Origin: an uncultured Clostridiaceae bacterium
GTDB taxonomy: Bacteria; Bacillota; Clostridia; TANB77; CAG-465
Length of the DNA: 50,904 nt
Reading direction: 5' to 3'
NCBI GenBank assembly: GCA_964642045.1
Contig: CAZXLZ010000001.1
Location: 1 to 50,904 of the forward strand
Both the position numbers and the translations under genes were made by a program. The notes below the pieces were generated by a model, which was given only the letters and a program-made list of their open reading frames with translations, was not told where the DNA came from and did no database searches. Below, in pieces: positions 27,780 to 38,843 of the stretch; within the stretch, counting starts at the first letter, position 1, and each line of letters begins with the position of its first letter.

Positions 27780-30140
27780 TTAACAAAATGCAAGCTCACG
27801 CTCAAGGAATATTAACTTTTCTGATTCAAGATCACAGTCAATATTATACTCTTTCCCTTGGATAACTTTGCCCTCTGTTATTGCAGCTATAATTTGCTTT
27901 GAAACAATATTTTTTACCAATTGACTTACATGTCTTGCACTACCATCTTTTAAATGGTTTAATATGCACTCAGTTACATCATCTGATACAGTAAATTTAA
28001 AGCCTTTTAATTTGAATGAATCCTGAAGCTTAGCTACTTCAATGCTTGCGATTTCTTTAAGCACTTTAATATCAAGATTATTAAGAACTATTACCTCATC
28101 AAATCTATCAAGTATTTCCTGCTTTATTCCCTTCTTTATATCATTCAAAACATCACTATTATTATCATGCTCTCCAAAACCAAGACTTTTTGAATTATTA
28201 GTATATGATGCACTATTTGCTGTACATATTATTATGGTCTGATTGAAACTAACCTCTGTCATAGAAGCATCAGTTAATTTTCCTTCATCAAGAATCTGAA
28301 GAAGAAGATTAAGTACATCAGGATGAGCCTTGTCAATTTCATCAAGAAGAACTATCGAATAGGGATTTCTCCTTACTTTTTCAGTAAGTCCAACTACTTC
28401 ATCAAAGCCGACATATCCAGGAGGTGCACCTATAATCTTGCTCACACTATGCTTCTCCATATACTCCGTCATATCAAGTTTAATAAGCCTATTTTCATCA
28501 CCAAGTAAATGTTTTGCAAGAAGTTTTGCAAGATATGTTTTACCAACACCAGTTTTGCCTGATAAAAAGAAGCTAGCAAGAGGCCTTTTCTCATTTGTTA
28601 TTCCGAAATATGACATTGATATAGTATCAAAAATCTTTGTTACAGCCTCATCTTGACCAAAAATTTCGGATTTAATGTTTTCTCTAGCAGACGCTGTTAA
28701 ATTCACATTTTCTGATGTAATATCAGAAATATTGACATTCTTAAACGTAGATACAACACTTTTTACTATATCATTCGTCAAAACTTGCTCTCCTTTTATT
28801 ACACACAAGGCAGATGCTTCATCAATTACATCAATTGCTTTATCAGGAAAATTTCTTTCAGGTATATATTTATCTGAAAGATCTATAGCAAGCTTTATTG
28901 TACCATCCGGAATAGAAATACCATGATAATCTTCATAGCTTTCCTTTATTCCAGTTATGACCTCAAAAGACTCCTCTTTATCCATTTTACCTACTATGAC
29001 AGGATTAAATCTTCTTTCAAGTGCAGCGTCTTTTTCAATTTTTTTCCTATACTCGTCAAGAGTAGTTGCACCTATAATCTGAATTTTTCCACGAGAAAGA
29101 GGAGGCTTTAAAATATTTCCTGCATCAATTGCACCTTCTGAAGCTCCAGCTCCTACAATGTTGTGAAGTTCATCTATAAAGAGTATTATGTTCCCTGCTT
29201 TTTGTACTTCATTTAATACTTCGTTTATTCGTTCCTCAAAATCTCCACGATATCTTGAACCAGCAATCATACTATTTAAGTTCAAACTGTATATAACCTT
29301 ATTCATTAAATTTTTGGGTACATTACCAGTTGCAATCTTCATAGCTAGACCTTCAACAATAGCAGTTTTACCTACACCCGCCTCGCCTAAAAGTACCGGA
29401 CTGTTTTTGGTTTTCTTGCTAAGGATATTAAGCATTCTATCAATTTCATGTTCTCTTCCAATAAGTTTCGAAAGTTCATTATTAACTGCACGTTTTGAAA
29501 AATTTACTCCAAATTTATCCAAATATTTATAACTTATATCGACAATTTTCTCATAACCATAATTACATGTTAAACATTCTCGAGACGAATTTGGAAAAAT
29601 AGTATATATATTACTAGGGATTTTCTCATATATATATTCATTCATGAAGTAGTGAGCGTCATATAAAAACTCTAACGGTTTTATTTTTTTCAACATTTTC
29701 TTAATAAACGAGCTATTAATATCAAGCTTAACGTGCACATCTTCAAATAATTTTATAATATCCACGTAATAATGTGGAAAATGATTAATATGGTTTAAAA
29801 AATGAGTGAAGAATCTTATTGTGGAAGCTATCTTAGCATTATCATATTCATAAGACTTTATAATTGCCTGTAATCTGTCATCATATGGGAGTATAAAAAG
29901 CTTTGATATTTTTTCCTCTTCCTCATTGTTCGGAAAATCAAATAAATTTCTCTTAAAAATCATCCCTTTTGTTATTCCAAGTTCAAGTAAAAAGTACCTT
30001 GGAACACATTCAGTAGTAAAAAATCCATACAAAATATCCATTGGTGATACATAATAAGCACCATTTTTCTTAGCAAAATCCATTGCCCTTCGAAAAACCT
30101 CTCTTAAGTTGGTTGTGCATAAATTAAAATTAAGTGCCAT
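27780..30140 (-). CDS. Divergent ClpA/ClpC-family AAA+ unfoldase paralog
   Basis: Two AAA modules ([33 protein letters not shown]), GAPPGYVGF, and an LGF tripeptide in D2. The roughly 230-aa N-terminal region has only one recognisable Clp-N repeat, and the middle coiled coil is nearly absent. The start at MALNF follows AAGGAGAA. Confidence 0.8.
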   Translation of the reverse strand: [786 protein letters not shown]

Positions 30141-30291
30141 AACTTTCTCCTTCAATAATTATTTTTTGATTTCCTAAATTCTTGCGCATATATTATACCA
30201 CTGCACATATTGTTATGTCAACATTATATGTAAATTTAAATAATAAAAATATGCATTTCAAGTACATTGTTACTTAAAACGCACATTTAAA

Positions 30292-32725
30292 TTAAATTTT
30301 TGTTATTTTTTCTACTTTAATTTTATTACTTTCAGTTTCATCAGTTATATAAACCTTTTTATTTTCTTTAATTTTTCCATTTATAATTTCACTTGCAATT
30401 AAATCTTCTACATTAGTTTGAATAGCTCTTTTTAATGGTCTTGCGCCATATTCTTTGTCAAAACCAACATTTGCTAAAAATTCTACTACCTTATCATCAT
30501 AAACAAGGTCAATCTTTTTATTTTTTAGTCTTTGTGAAAATTCATTTAGAAGTTTTCTTGTTATTTCTTGTATATTTTCTTTAGTTAGTTTTCTAAATAC
30601 TATTATCTCATCTAGTCTATTTATAAACTCAGGTTTAAAATTCTTTTTAGCTTCTTGTATAACTTCTTTTTTTACTTCTTCATAATCTCTATTTTCATCT
30701 AATTTATTAGAAAATCCCATTTTACTTTTTTCTGTTATATTTTTAGCACCAATATTAGATGTTAAAATTATAATTGTATTTTTAAAATCTACTTTTCTTC
30801 CAGTAGAATCTGTAAGCACACCCTCATCTAAAATTTGTAAAAGTATATTATATATGTCACTATGGGCTTTTTCTATTTCATCAAAAAGCACTACGCTATA
30901 CGGATTTTGCCTTACCTTTTCTGTTAAAAGTCCACCATTTGAATTATCATATCCAACATATCCGTGGAGGCGCCCCTATAAGCTTAGACACACTATGTGC
31001 TTCCATATACTCTGACATATCTAATTTTATAAGCGAATTATCATTTTCAAAAATATTATCTGCTAGAGCCTTTACAAGCTCAGTTTTTCCTGTTCCTGTA
31101 GGTCCAAGAAGTAAAAATGTACCTATTGGTCTTTTCTCATCTTTTATACCTACTCTTGCTCTAATAATTGACCTGCACAAACTCTTTACTGCCATTTCTT
31201 GACCAATTACTCTCTTTATTATATTTTGCTCTAAATCCTTTAACTTTTCTGTTTCTGTTTTATTAAGCTTAGATATAGGAATTTTGGTAATGGTGGAAAC
31301 TGCATCATATATGTCATCAACTTTAAGACTAATTACCTTGTTTTCCTTATATTTAAGATCATTTAATTTATTTTCAGTTTTCTCATACTTTTCCTTATAT
31401 TTAGCTGCTTTTTCAAAATTTTCTTCAATTATTGCTTCTTCTTTATCTAGGTCAATCTTTTTTAATTTATCTTCTAAAGTTTTTATACTATTTGGCGCAC
31501 TAAGTGAAGTTACTCTCTTTTTAGAACAAGCTTCCTCAAGTACATCTATTGCTTTATCTGGTAAAAATTTATCGTTTATATATCTTTTACTAAGATTTAC
31601 GCACGCTTCTATGCAGTCATCTGGAAGTAGTATATTGTGATAAATTTCATAACTTGTTTTTAAAGATTTAAGTATGTCTATTGCCATTTCTTTAGTTGGT
31701 TCTTCTATATTTATAACCTGAAATCTTCTATCTAAAGCTGCATCTTTTTCTATGTGTTTCCTATATTCTGATATGGTAGTTGCACCTATTATCTGAACAG
31801 AGCCTTTAGAAAGCATTGGCTTTAAAATATTAGCTGCATCCATTGCGCCTTCTGCAGAACCAGCACCTACAATATTATGTATCTCATCTATGAAAAGTAT
31901 AATGTTTCCATCCTTTTCGCACTCAGATATGCACTTTTTTAATCTTTCCTCGAAATCCCCTCTATACTTAGCACCTGCTACCATTTGTGATATATCAAGT
32001 AAATATACTTTTTTATTTGCAAGCTCAGGTGGTACTTTTTTATCTACAATTCTCTTTACTAAGCCTTCAACAAGTGCTGTTTTACCAACTCCTGGCTCAC
32101 CTATGACTAAGGGATTATTTTTAGTCTTTCTAACAATTATTTGAACCATTCTATCTATTTCATTTTCTCTTGATACAACATTACTTAATTTGCCAGAGAT
32201 AGCCTCATCATTCATATTTATTCCATAAGTATTTAAAGTTGGATATACCTCTTTATAATCAGTTTCCTCTACAAATGTTCCAACAGGAGAATCTTCAGAT
32301 ATTACTTTCATTAAATCTACAAATATCTTCTGAGGATCTACCTGTGCATCTATAAGTATTCGTATTGCTATACTATCTACTTCTCTCATAAGGGCTAAAA
32401 GTAAATGTTCTGTTCCTATATAGTTATGCTTCATTTTAATAGATTCTTTTTTACTTTGTTTAATTACTTTGCTAGCTTTAGGTGTATAATCAATATCTTT
32501 TATATGAACAGCTGTATCTTGAGCTCCATCTATTTTTAATATCTCATTTTTTATATATTCCTTAGTTATATTTTGCTTGCCAAGTATTTTAGCTGCAAGC
32601 CCTGCGCCCTCTGCTACTAAACCATAAAGTAGATGCTCTGTACCTATAAACTGATAGTTATTTTCCTTTGCAAATTTCTTTGCTATATTTAAAGCTTCTT
32701 CAGCTCTACTTGTAAATTCATACAT
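30292..32725 (-). CDS. clpC: ATP-dependent Clp protease ATP-binding subunit ClpC, interrupted by a one-base frameshift at CGG (complement of 30962-30964)
   Basis: Two Clp-N repeats, GEPGVGKTA, an M-domain coiled coil and GPTGTGKTE. The break falls inside the conserved [12 protein letters not shown] motif. The +1 frame continues [34 protein letters not shown]. Confidence 0.85.
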
Positions 32726-32856
32726 ATCATCTAGTCCCCTTTCTAGCTATCATCTATTATACATTAGATTTATATGCTTGTAAATTAAAAATAGTTTTTA
32801 TGACAATATTTTTAAAGTTTTAGCAATATAAGGGACTAAAAAAGCCCCTTATACCT

Positions 32857-34068
32857 TTATACTTTTTCTAATATCTCTTTTATACTGTTTACTACATAAT
32901 CCATTTCTTCTACCGTATTATCCTCACTTAGACTAAATCTTATTGTATTTTTAGCTTGGATTTCACTCATACCAATTGCTAAAAGGACATGTGAAGCTGA
33001 AGATTCTGATGAATTACAAGCACTTCCAGTTGATACATAAATTTTATGCATATCAAGCATAAGCACCATATCCTTTCCATTAATTCCATCTATAGTAACA
33101 CTTAAATTACCACTAGTTTTATATATACTATCTGCATTTATTTTTATTCTCTCATCTAGATTTTCTAATTTTTCCTTTAGATAATCTCTAACTTTTGATA
33201 CTTTCATATTTTTATCTATTATATTTTCACTTGCAAGCTCCATTGCTAGTGCCGCTCCCATTATTCCACATACATTTTCTGTTCCTGCCCTCTTACCTTT
33301 TTCTTGATGTCCTCCATATATTACAGGTTCAAAATCTACCTTATCTTTTATATATAAGATTCCTACTCCTTTTGGGCCATGAAATTTATGAGAAGACATA
33401 CTTAAGCTATCTATATTAATATTTCTTACATCTATATTTATATGTCCTACTCCTTGAACAAAATCACTATGGAAAATTACCCCTTTATACTTAGCTATCT
33501 TTCCTATTTGTTCTATATCTTGAATTGTACCTATTTCATTATTTACTGCCATTATAGATATAAGTATGGTATTTTCTTTTATTGAATTCATAAGCTCATT
33601 TATACTTATTCTACCTTTACTGTCAACATTTAAATAAGTTACTTCAAACCCCTCTTTTTCTAATCTCTTACATGTATTTAGAACAGCCATATGCTCAATC
33701 TTAGTAGTTATTATATGATTACCTTTTTTTCTATTTGCTCTTGCTATACCAATAAGTGCTAAGTTATCAGCTTCACTTCCAGAAGAAACAAAATATATTT
33801 CACTTTTTTTAGCTCCAATTATTCCGGCTATTTTACTTCTGGCACTTTCAAGCATTTCTTTAGCTACCGCACCTTTAGAATATATTGATGATGGGTTACC
33901 ATATACTTTTTCCATAGCATCACACATTTCTTTTATAACTTCTTTATTCATAAAAGTTGTTGCACTATTATCTGCATATACTTCAATATCATTTCTTTTA
34001 AATAACCTATCCTTTATTTCATTTTCTAAGCTAAATATACCACATTTTTCTTCAATTATACTCATCAC
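32857..34068 (-). CDS. nifS: Cysteine desulfurase (NifS/IscS family)
   Basis: SSGSEADN, SMSSHKFHGPKGVGILY (PLP lysine) and STGSACNS (active-site Cys). Confidence 0.85.
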   Translation of the reverse strand: MMSIIEEKCGIFSLENEIKDRLFKRNDIEVYADNSATTFMNKEVIKEMCDAMEKVYGNPSSIYSKGAVAKEMLESARSKIAGIIGAKKSEIYFVSSGSEADNLALIGIARANRKKGNHIITTKIEHMAVLNTCKRLEKEGFEVTYLNVDSKGRISINELMNSIKENTILISIMAVNNEIGTIQDIEQIGKIAKYKGVIFHSDFVQGVGHINIDVRNINIDSLSMSSHKFHGPKGVGILYIKDKVDFEPVIYGGHQEKGKRAGTENVCGIMGAALAMELASENIIDKNMKVSKVRDYLKEKLENLDERIKINADSIYKTSGNLSVTIDGINGKDMVLMLDMHKIYVSTGSACNSSESSASHVLLAIGMSEIQAKNTIRFSLSEDNTVEEMDYVVNSIKEILEKV

Positions 34069-34181
34069 AAAATATCACCTACAAATATATTATGATGAAA
34101 TACAATTTTGGTTAAAAAATTGTTAAATTAAACACAAAAACACCACTTAAAATTAAGTGGTATTTTATAAATAAGCTAACT

Positions 34182-34427
34182 TTAACAAAAAGCCTCCTCA
34201 AAATGATCTTTTAAAATTCTTTCTTTTTCCTCTTCAGTAATTCTGTTATCTGCAACGCAGTAAAACATATCTTCAAGAGTAGGGTAATCATGCATTATAT
34301 CATGCTCATAGAGCAGCCGTTCTGCTTCAAACCATGTTAGATCATCATTGCAAACGTTTTTAACATTTTCATCACGAAGGAGTCTGCATATTCTTTCAAG
34401 GTATTTTTCTTGTAAATCTTTAAGCAT
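34182..34427 (-). CDS. Hypothetical protein (81 aa)
   Basis: Clean ORF with GGAGG upstream and slightly elevated G+C. No family recognised. Confidence 0.5.
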   Translation of the reverse strand: MLKDLQEKYLERICRLLRDENVKNVCNDDLTWFEAERLLYEHDIMHDYPTLEDMFYCVADNRITEEEKERILKDHFEEAFC

Positions 34428-34566
34428 GGTAATTACCTCCTAAAACGCATTTTATTTTCATAGGAAATTATATCATTACTTTATTACTTTTACAATATAT
34501 TAATGAAAAAATCCCTTAAAATATATAATATTTTACGGGATTTTATATTATATTATTTTATATAAT

Positions 34567-34995
34567 TTACTTAAGAAGGCAGAAACCAATTATAGCTAAG
34601 AATGCAAGAAGCATACATGCTGCTACAATAAATGATGTACCAACGTAATTTTTACATCCTTCATTTTTGATAAAGTATATGCCTACTGCTATAAGAAGTA
34701 CTGAAATTGCCATAACTAAATATGCTATAGCCCAAAAGTATGAAGTTCTAGCAGTAACAAATACTTCATCTGTAGTATTGTACATGCTAACTATATCACC
34801 TTTTATATTATCTGATAAAGCACTATTGCTAGCTATATTTTTTAGATTTACTTGATACTCACTATTACCAGAAACTATATTTGATTTATATAAATCAGTA
34901 CTTGATTTAAAAAATGCAAGTGGAACTATACCTATAGCTGCAACAATAACTATTGCTATAATTAAAACAACTAACATAACTGACGTTTTCTTCAT
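34567..34995 (-). CDS. Membrane protein (about 142 aa, 4 TM)
   Basis: Hydrophobic segments at both ends. The ATG at 34995 follows GAGGTG. Confidence 0.55.
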   Translation of the reverse strand: MKKTSVMLVVLIIAIVIVAAIGIVPLAFFKSSTDLYKSNIVSGNSEYQVNLKNIASNSALSDNIKGDIVSMYNTTDEVFVTARTSYFWAIAYLVMAISVLLIAVGIYFIKNEGCKNYVGTSFIVAACMLLAFLAIIGFCLLK

Positions 34996-35061
34996 AATCA
35001 CACCTCATAAACTACATAATATTTATAACATATAATAATTTTTTTTGCAATACACTTTATG

Positions 35062-37083
35062 TTAATTTTCGACAATTTTCAAAAATTCTTCTATTGTCAT
35101 TATTGATATCTTTAACTCTTCTGCTTTTTTATACTTACTTCCTGCATTCTCCCCAGCTATTAATATATCTGTTTTCTTAGATACTGAATTTACAAATTTA
35201 CCTGAGTTTTCCTCAATTATTTTTACTATATCATCTCTTGAATAATCATCAAAAGAACCAGTTACACATATAGATTTTCCTTCTAGTTTATTTGAAGAAA
35301 GATTTATTTTATTTCCTTTTAAATTAACGCCATAATTGTTTAATTTTTCTATTATTTCCATAGTTTTTGGCTTTTCAAAGAACTCTACTACTGATTTTGC
35401 CATTATATCTCCAAAGTCTTCTAGGTTTGATAGCTCTTCTAAACTTGCTTTAGATATTTCATATATATCCTCATATTTATTTGCAAGTATTTTGGCTGCT
35501 TTTTTTCCAACATTTCTTATACCTAGTCCAAAAATAAGTTTATCTAAAGAATTGTTTTTAGTTTTTTCTATTGCATTTATAAGATTAGTAGCTGATTTTT
35601 CTTTAAAATTATCCATTGAGTAAAAATCTTCATATTTAAGAGCATATATATCTGATACATCTTTAATTTTACCGCTATCAATTAGTTTTTCTATAAGTAT
35701 ATCACCCATTCCAGAAATATCCATACAATCTCTACTTACAAAATGAAGCATACTTCTATATAAAAGAGCTGGACATTCGCTATTAATACATCTTAAATCA
35801 ACAGTTCCTTCATCTTGAGCTAAAGGCTCTTTGCACACAGGACAAACAGTAGGTCTTTTAAACTTATTAAGCTTCTTTTGCCTTTTCTCTAATACTACAT
35901 GGTCAAGTTCAGGTATTACATCTCCAGCTTTCTGAATAACACATATATCTCCTACTCTTACATCCTTCTCTTCTAAATAATCAAAATTATGAAGTGTTAC
36001 GCTTGATATAGTAGAACCAGCAACTTTTACTGGTTTTAAACAAGCCATAGGAGTTACTTTACCAGTTCTTCCGACTTGCATTATTATATCTAAGACTTCC
36101 GTTTCTTGCTGCTCAGGTGGATATTTATATGCAACTGCCCACTTTGGAACTTTTATAGTAGTTCCAAGCATTTTTCTTAAAGATAAATCATTGACTTTAA
36201 CAACTGCTCCATCTATATCGTATTCTAGCTCATTTCTTAAAGAACCTATCTTTTTTATTGCATTTATTACTTCTTCATTACTTTTACATAGAATAGCATA
36301 ATCTAAAGTGTGAAGTCCAAGCGTGCGGCAATATTCTAAGCTTTCACTATGTTTATCAAATTTCTTTGTTTCACATTTTTGTACATTAAATATAAATATA
36401 TCTAGATTTCTATGTTCTACTAAAGAAGAATCTAGCTGTCTAAGTGTACCTGCTGCTGTATTTCTAGTATTTGCAAGTAGCTTTTTCCCACTTTCTTCTA
36501 GTTCTTTGTTTAACCTTTCAAGCTCTTTTCTTGGCAAAAATACCTCTCCTCTTACTTCAATGGTATCATTAGTAGGAAGTTTTTTAGGTATGCTTTTTAT
36601 GCATTCTATATTTTGAGTAACATCTTCCCCTACGCTTCCATCTCCCCTGGTTGAGCCACAAGTAAGCATACCATTTTCATATTCTAGTGAAACAGAAAGT
36701 CCATCTACTTTTGTTTCAACTGAAAATTCTATATCATTACTTCCAAACTTACTTCTAATCTTATCTAGAAACTCTTCTACATCTTCAAATGAGAAAACAT
36801 CTTGCAGACTTTGCATTTTAACTTTATGTTCGACCTCAGAAAATATAGTTTTATTTTTACCTCCTACAATTTGAGTAGGCGACTCTTTACTTATGTACTC
36901 TGGATGTTCTTTTTCTAATTTTTTAAGTTCCTGAGTCAGTTTATCATACTCAAAGTCTGATATTTCAGGCTCATCATTTTCATAGTACAGTTTATTATGA
37001 TACTTTATTTCTTCTCTTAGCTCATCTATACGCTTATATACTTTTTCATTATTATTATCATCAAACATACTTAACTGATCCAT
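35062..37083 (-). CDS. ligA: NAD-dependent DNA ligase
   Basis: Adenylation motif TKVDGLS, Zn finger CPVC...C, HhH repeats and a C-terminal BRCT domain (ICVTGSF...). Confidence 0.95.
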   Translation of the reverse strand: MDQLSMFDDNNNEKVYKRIDELREEIKYHNKLYYENDEPEISDFEYDKLTQELKKLEKEHPEYISKESPTQIVGGKNKTIFSEVEHKVKMQSLQDVFSFEDVEEFLDKIRSKFGSNDIEFSVETKVDGLSVSLEYENGMLTCGSTRGDGSVGEDVTQNIECIKSIPKKLPTNDTIEVRGEVFLPRKELERLNKELEESGKKLLANTRNTAAGTLRQLDSSLVEHRNLDIFIFNVQKCETKKFDKHSESLEYCRTLGLHTLDYAILCKSNEEVINAIKKIGSLRNELEYDIDGAVVKVNDLSLRKMLGTTIKVPKWAVAYKYPPEQQETEVLDIIMQVGRTGKVTPMACLKPVKVAGSTISSVTLHNFDYLEEKDVRVGDICVIQKAGDVIPELDHVVLEKRQKKLNKFKRPTVCPVCKEPLAQDEGTVDLRCINSECPALLYRSMLHFVSRDCMDISGMGDILIEKLIDSGKIKDVSDIYALKYEDFYSMDNFKEKSATNLINAIEKTKNNSLDKLIFGLGIRNVGKKAAKILANKYEDIYEISKASLEELSNLEDFGDIMAKSVVEFFEKPKTMEIIEKLNNYGVNLKGNKINLSSNKLEGKSICVTGSFDDYSRDDIVKIIEENSGKFVNSVSKKTDILIAGENAGSKYKKAEELKISIMTIEEFLKIVEN

Positions 37084-37239
37084 ATATCACATCCTAGCTC
37101 TTTAAATGAGCTAGATTTCTCCTTTCTAATATATCTTATCCTTATTTTAAAATTATATCATAAACCTACTAAAAAACAAATGGAATTTTGGCATTTTTAA
37201 GCAAAATAAAATACAGGCGACTGCCTGCACTTTATTATA

Positions 37240-38694
37240 TTACATTATTCCATATTTTCTCTTACAAGATTTTAAGTTTTTATTCATTATCTTTTCCCAT
37301 ATCTTATATTCTTGCATATCCTGATTAACAATTTCAATATGGTATGTATCTTCTGAAAGCTTTATTATTCTAACTATATCATTCTCTTCATAAGCAATAT
37401 TTTCCAAATTTTTGCAAAGTATAGATATAAATGTTTGACCTTTTCTTTGGAACATCTTAGATGAGTTTTCTATATACTTCTTATTTTCCTTACAATCTAT
37501 AATCTCAATATGTATATCTCTTTCTTTTGTTATAACTCCTGCCTCATCTACTACTTTTGCTTTATCTGGGAATTCAAAGAATGCTGGTATTAAATCTCTT
37601 ATATAGTTAGGTATTTTTATAATATCTAAATCCTTTTTATTTTGCTGTTTAGCTGGAAGCTGCATAATGAAGTTTGTTACATTATTTAAATCTACTTTCT
37701 TAACTTTAAGAAGCTCTACTTCATCATTAAAAGATTTTTCTCCACTGTCATCCATCTTTTCTTTATTTGCTTCTTTCTTTTTCTCCTTAAGTTTAACTGT
37801 AGATTTTGTAAATAACATATCATTTAAGTCTATTTCTTCATCTAAGTTAATATCATCATCTATCTCTTCTTCATCTATAACTTCATCTTCAAAGCCTTGA
37901 TCTACCTTATTTTCTACTTTTTCTTCTTTTTTGGATTTTTTCTTAGTTTTTTCTTCTTTAGCATCTGTCTTTATTACAGCTTCTGATACCATTGATACAT
38001 CAATATCAAAATCTGAAAAACTATCATCTAATTTTACTTCTGGCATTCCAAAATCAGAAGCTACTATATCTTCATCTGATTTTACATCCTTACTATCTTT
38101 TTTAGCTTCATCTTTTTTGCCCAAAAGTTCAGCTATTGACTTAACACTATGTTCATACTGTTTATTTGAAAAGATAATTTTGCTATCTATAAGATCTGAA
38201 ATATCAGATTTTTTAAGAAGAGTAAATTCTAAATCTTTTAAGCTAGATAACTGTTTTATTTTCTCTTTATATTCCCTTTTCTCTAAATCTGATTTTAAAT
38301 CATATTCAAACTTAGATATCATAACTAAGTCTTCTGTCATAGAATTTTCAGATATTTTTCCAGATGAGAAATATATAACAGCTCTCTTATCATTTTCAAA
38401 AACAATAGATGTTCCTTCAAATTCTTTTATTTCGTTATTGTTATAATAATATACTTCCTTTGAATAACTTAAAATACTTTCAAGTAAACTTTTGGTAGTA
38501 TTCTTTTTGTCTACTCCCATATACATTACAAGTTTAACAGATGTATCTATTATATTTTCTTCAATAATATTAAATCCTGATTCTTTTACAGTTCCCGCAT
38601 ATATATACATTTTTTTAGGATTAAGACTCATCTCATTTTCTATACATTTCTTTAAATTTAAATCTTCATTTTGCATGATAACATCTAGCTTCAT
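37240..38694 (-). CDS. Hypothetical protein with a possible inactive PLD-like N-domain, K/E/D-rich linker and B3/EcoRII-N-like C-domain
   Basis: 484-aa clean ORF. The domain guesses rest on pattern similarity only (see finding). Confidence 0.6.
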   Translation of the reverse strand: MKLDVIMQNEDLNLKKCIENEMSLNPKKMYIYAGTVKESGFNIIEENIIDTSVKLVMYMGVDKKNTTKSLLESILSYSKEVYYYNNNEIKEFEGTSIVFENDKRAVIYFSSGKISENSMTEDLVMISKFEYDLKSDLEKREYKEKIKQLSSLKDLEFTLLKKSDISDLIDSKIIFSNKQYEHSVKSIAELLGKKDEAKKDSKDVKSDEDIVASDFGMPEVKLDDSFSDFDIDVSMVSEAVIKTDAKEEKTKKKSKKEEKVENKVDQGFEDEVIDEEEIDDDINLDEEIDLNDMLFTKSTVKLKEKKKEANKEKMDDSGEKSFNDEVELLKVKKVDLNNVTNFIMQLPAKQQNKKDLDIIKIPNYIRDLIPAFFEFPDKAKVVDEAGVITKERDIHIEIIDCKENKKYIENSSKMFQRKGQTFISILCKNLENIAYEENDIVRIIKLSEDTYHIEIVNQDMQEYKIWEKIMNKNLKSCKRKYGIM

Positions 38695-38843
38695 AAAAAT
38701 ACCACCTCATATATCTAAAACTTTATCATATAAATAGATTTTTTTCAAGCATTTTTAATTAAATTTCTTTAACTCGCTTTCCAAAATTCTATTGATTTAG
38801 ATATATCTTTATGTTATATTATAAATTGGAGGTTTTTTTAACA

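Noticed and set aside
37667-38737. Plus-strand ORFs 37667-37900, 37931-38446 and 38492-38737, and an apparent repetitiveness of the region
   Set aside because: They are antisense to the 484-aa gene. The repetitiveness is codon-level low complexity (K/E/D-rich linker), not a DNA tandem repeat.
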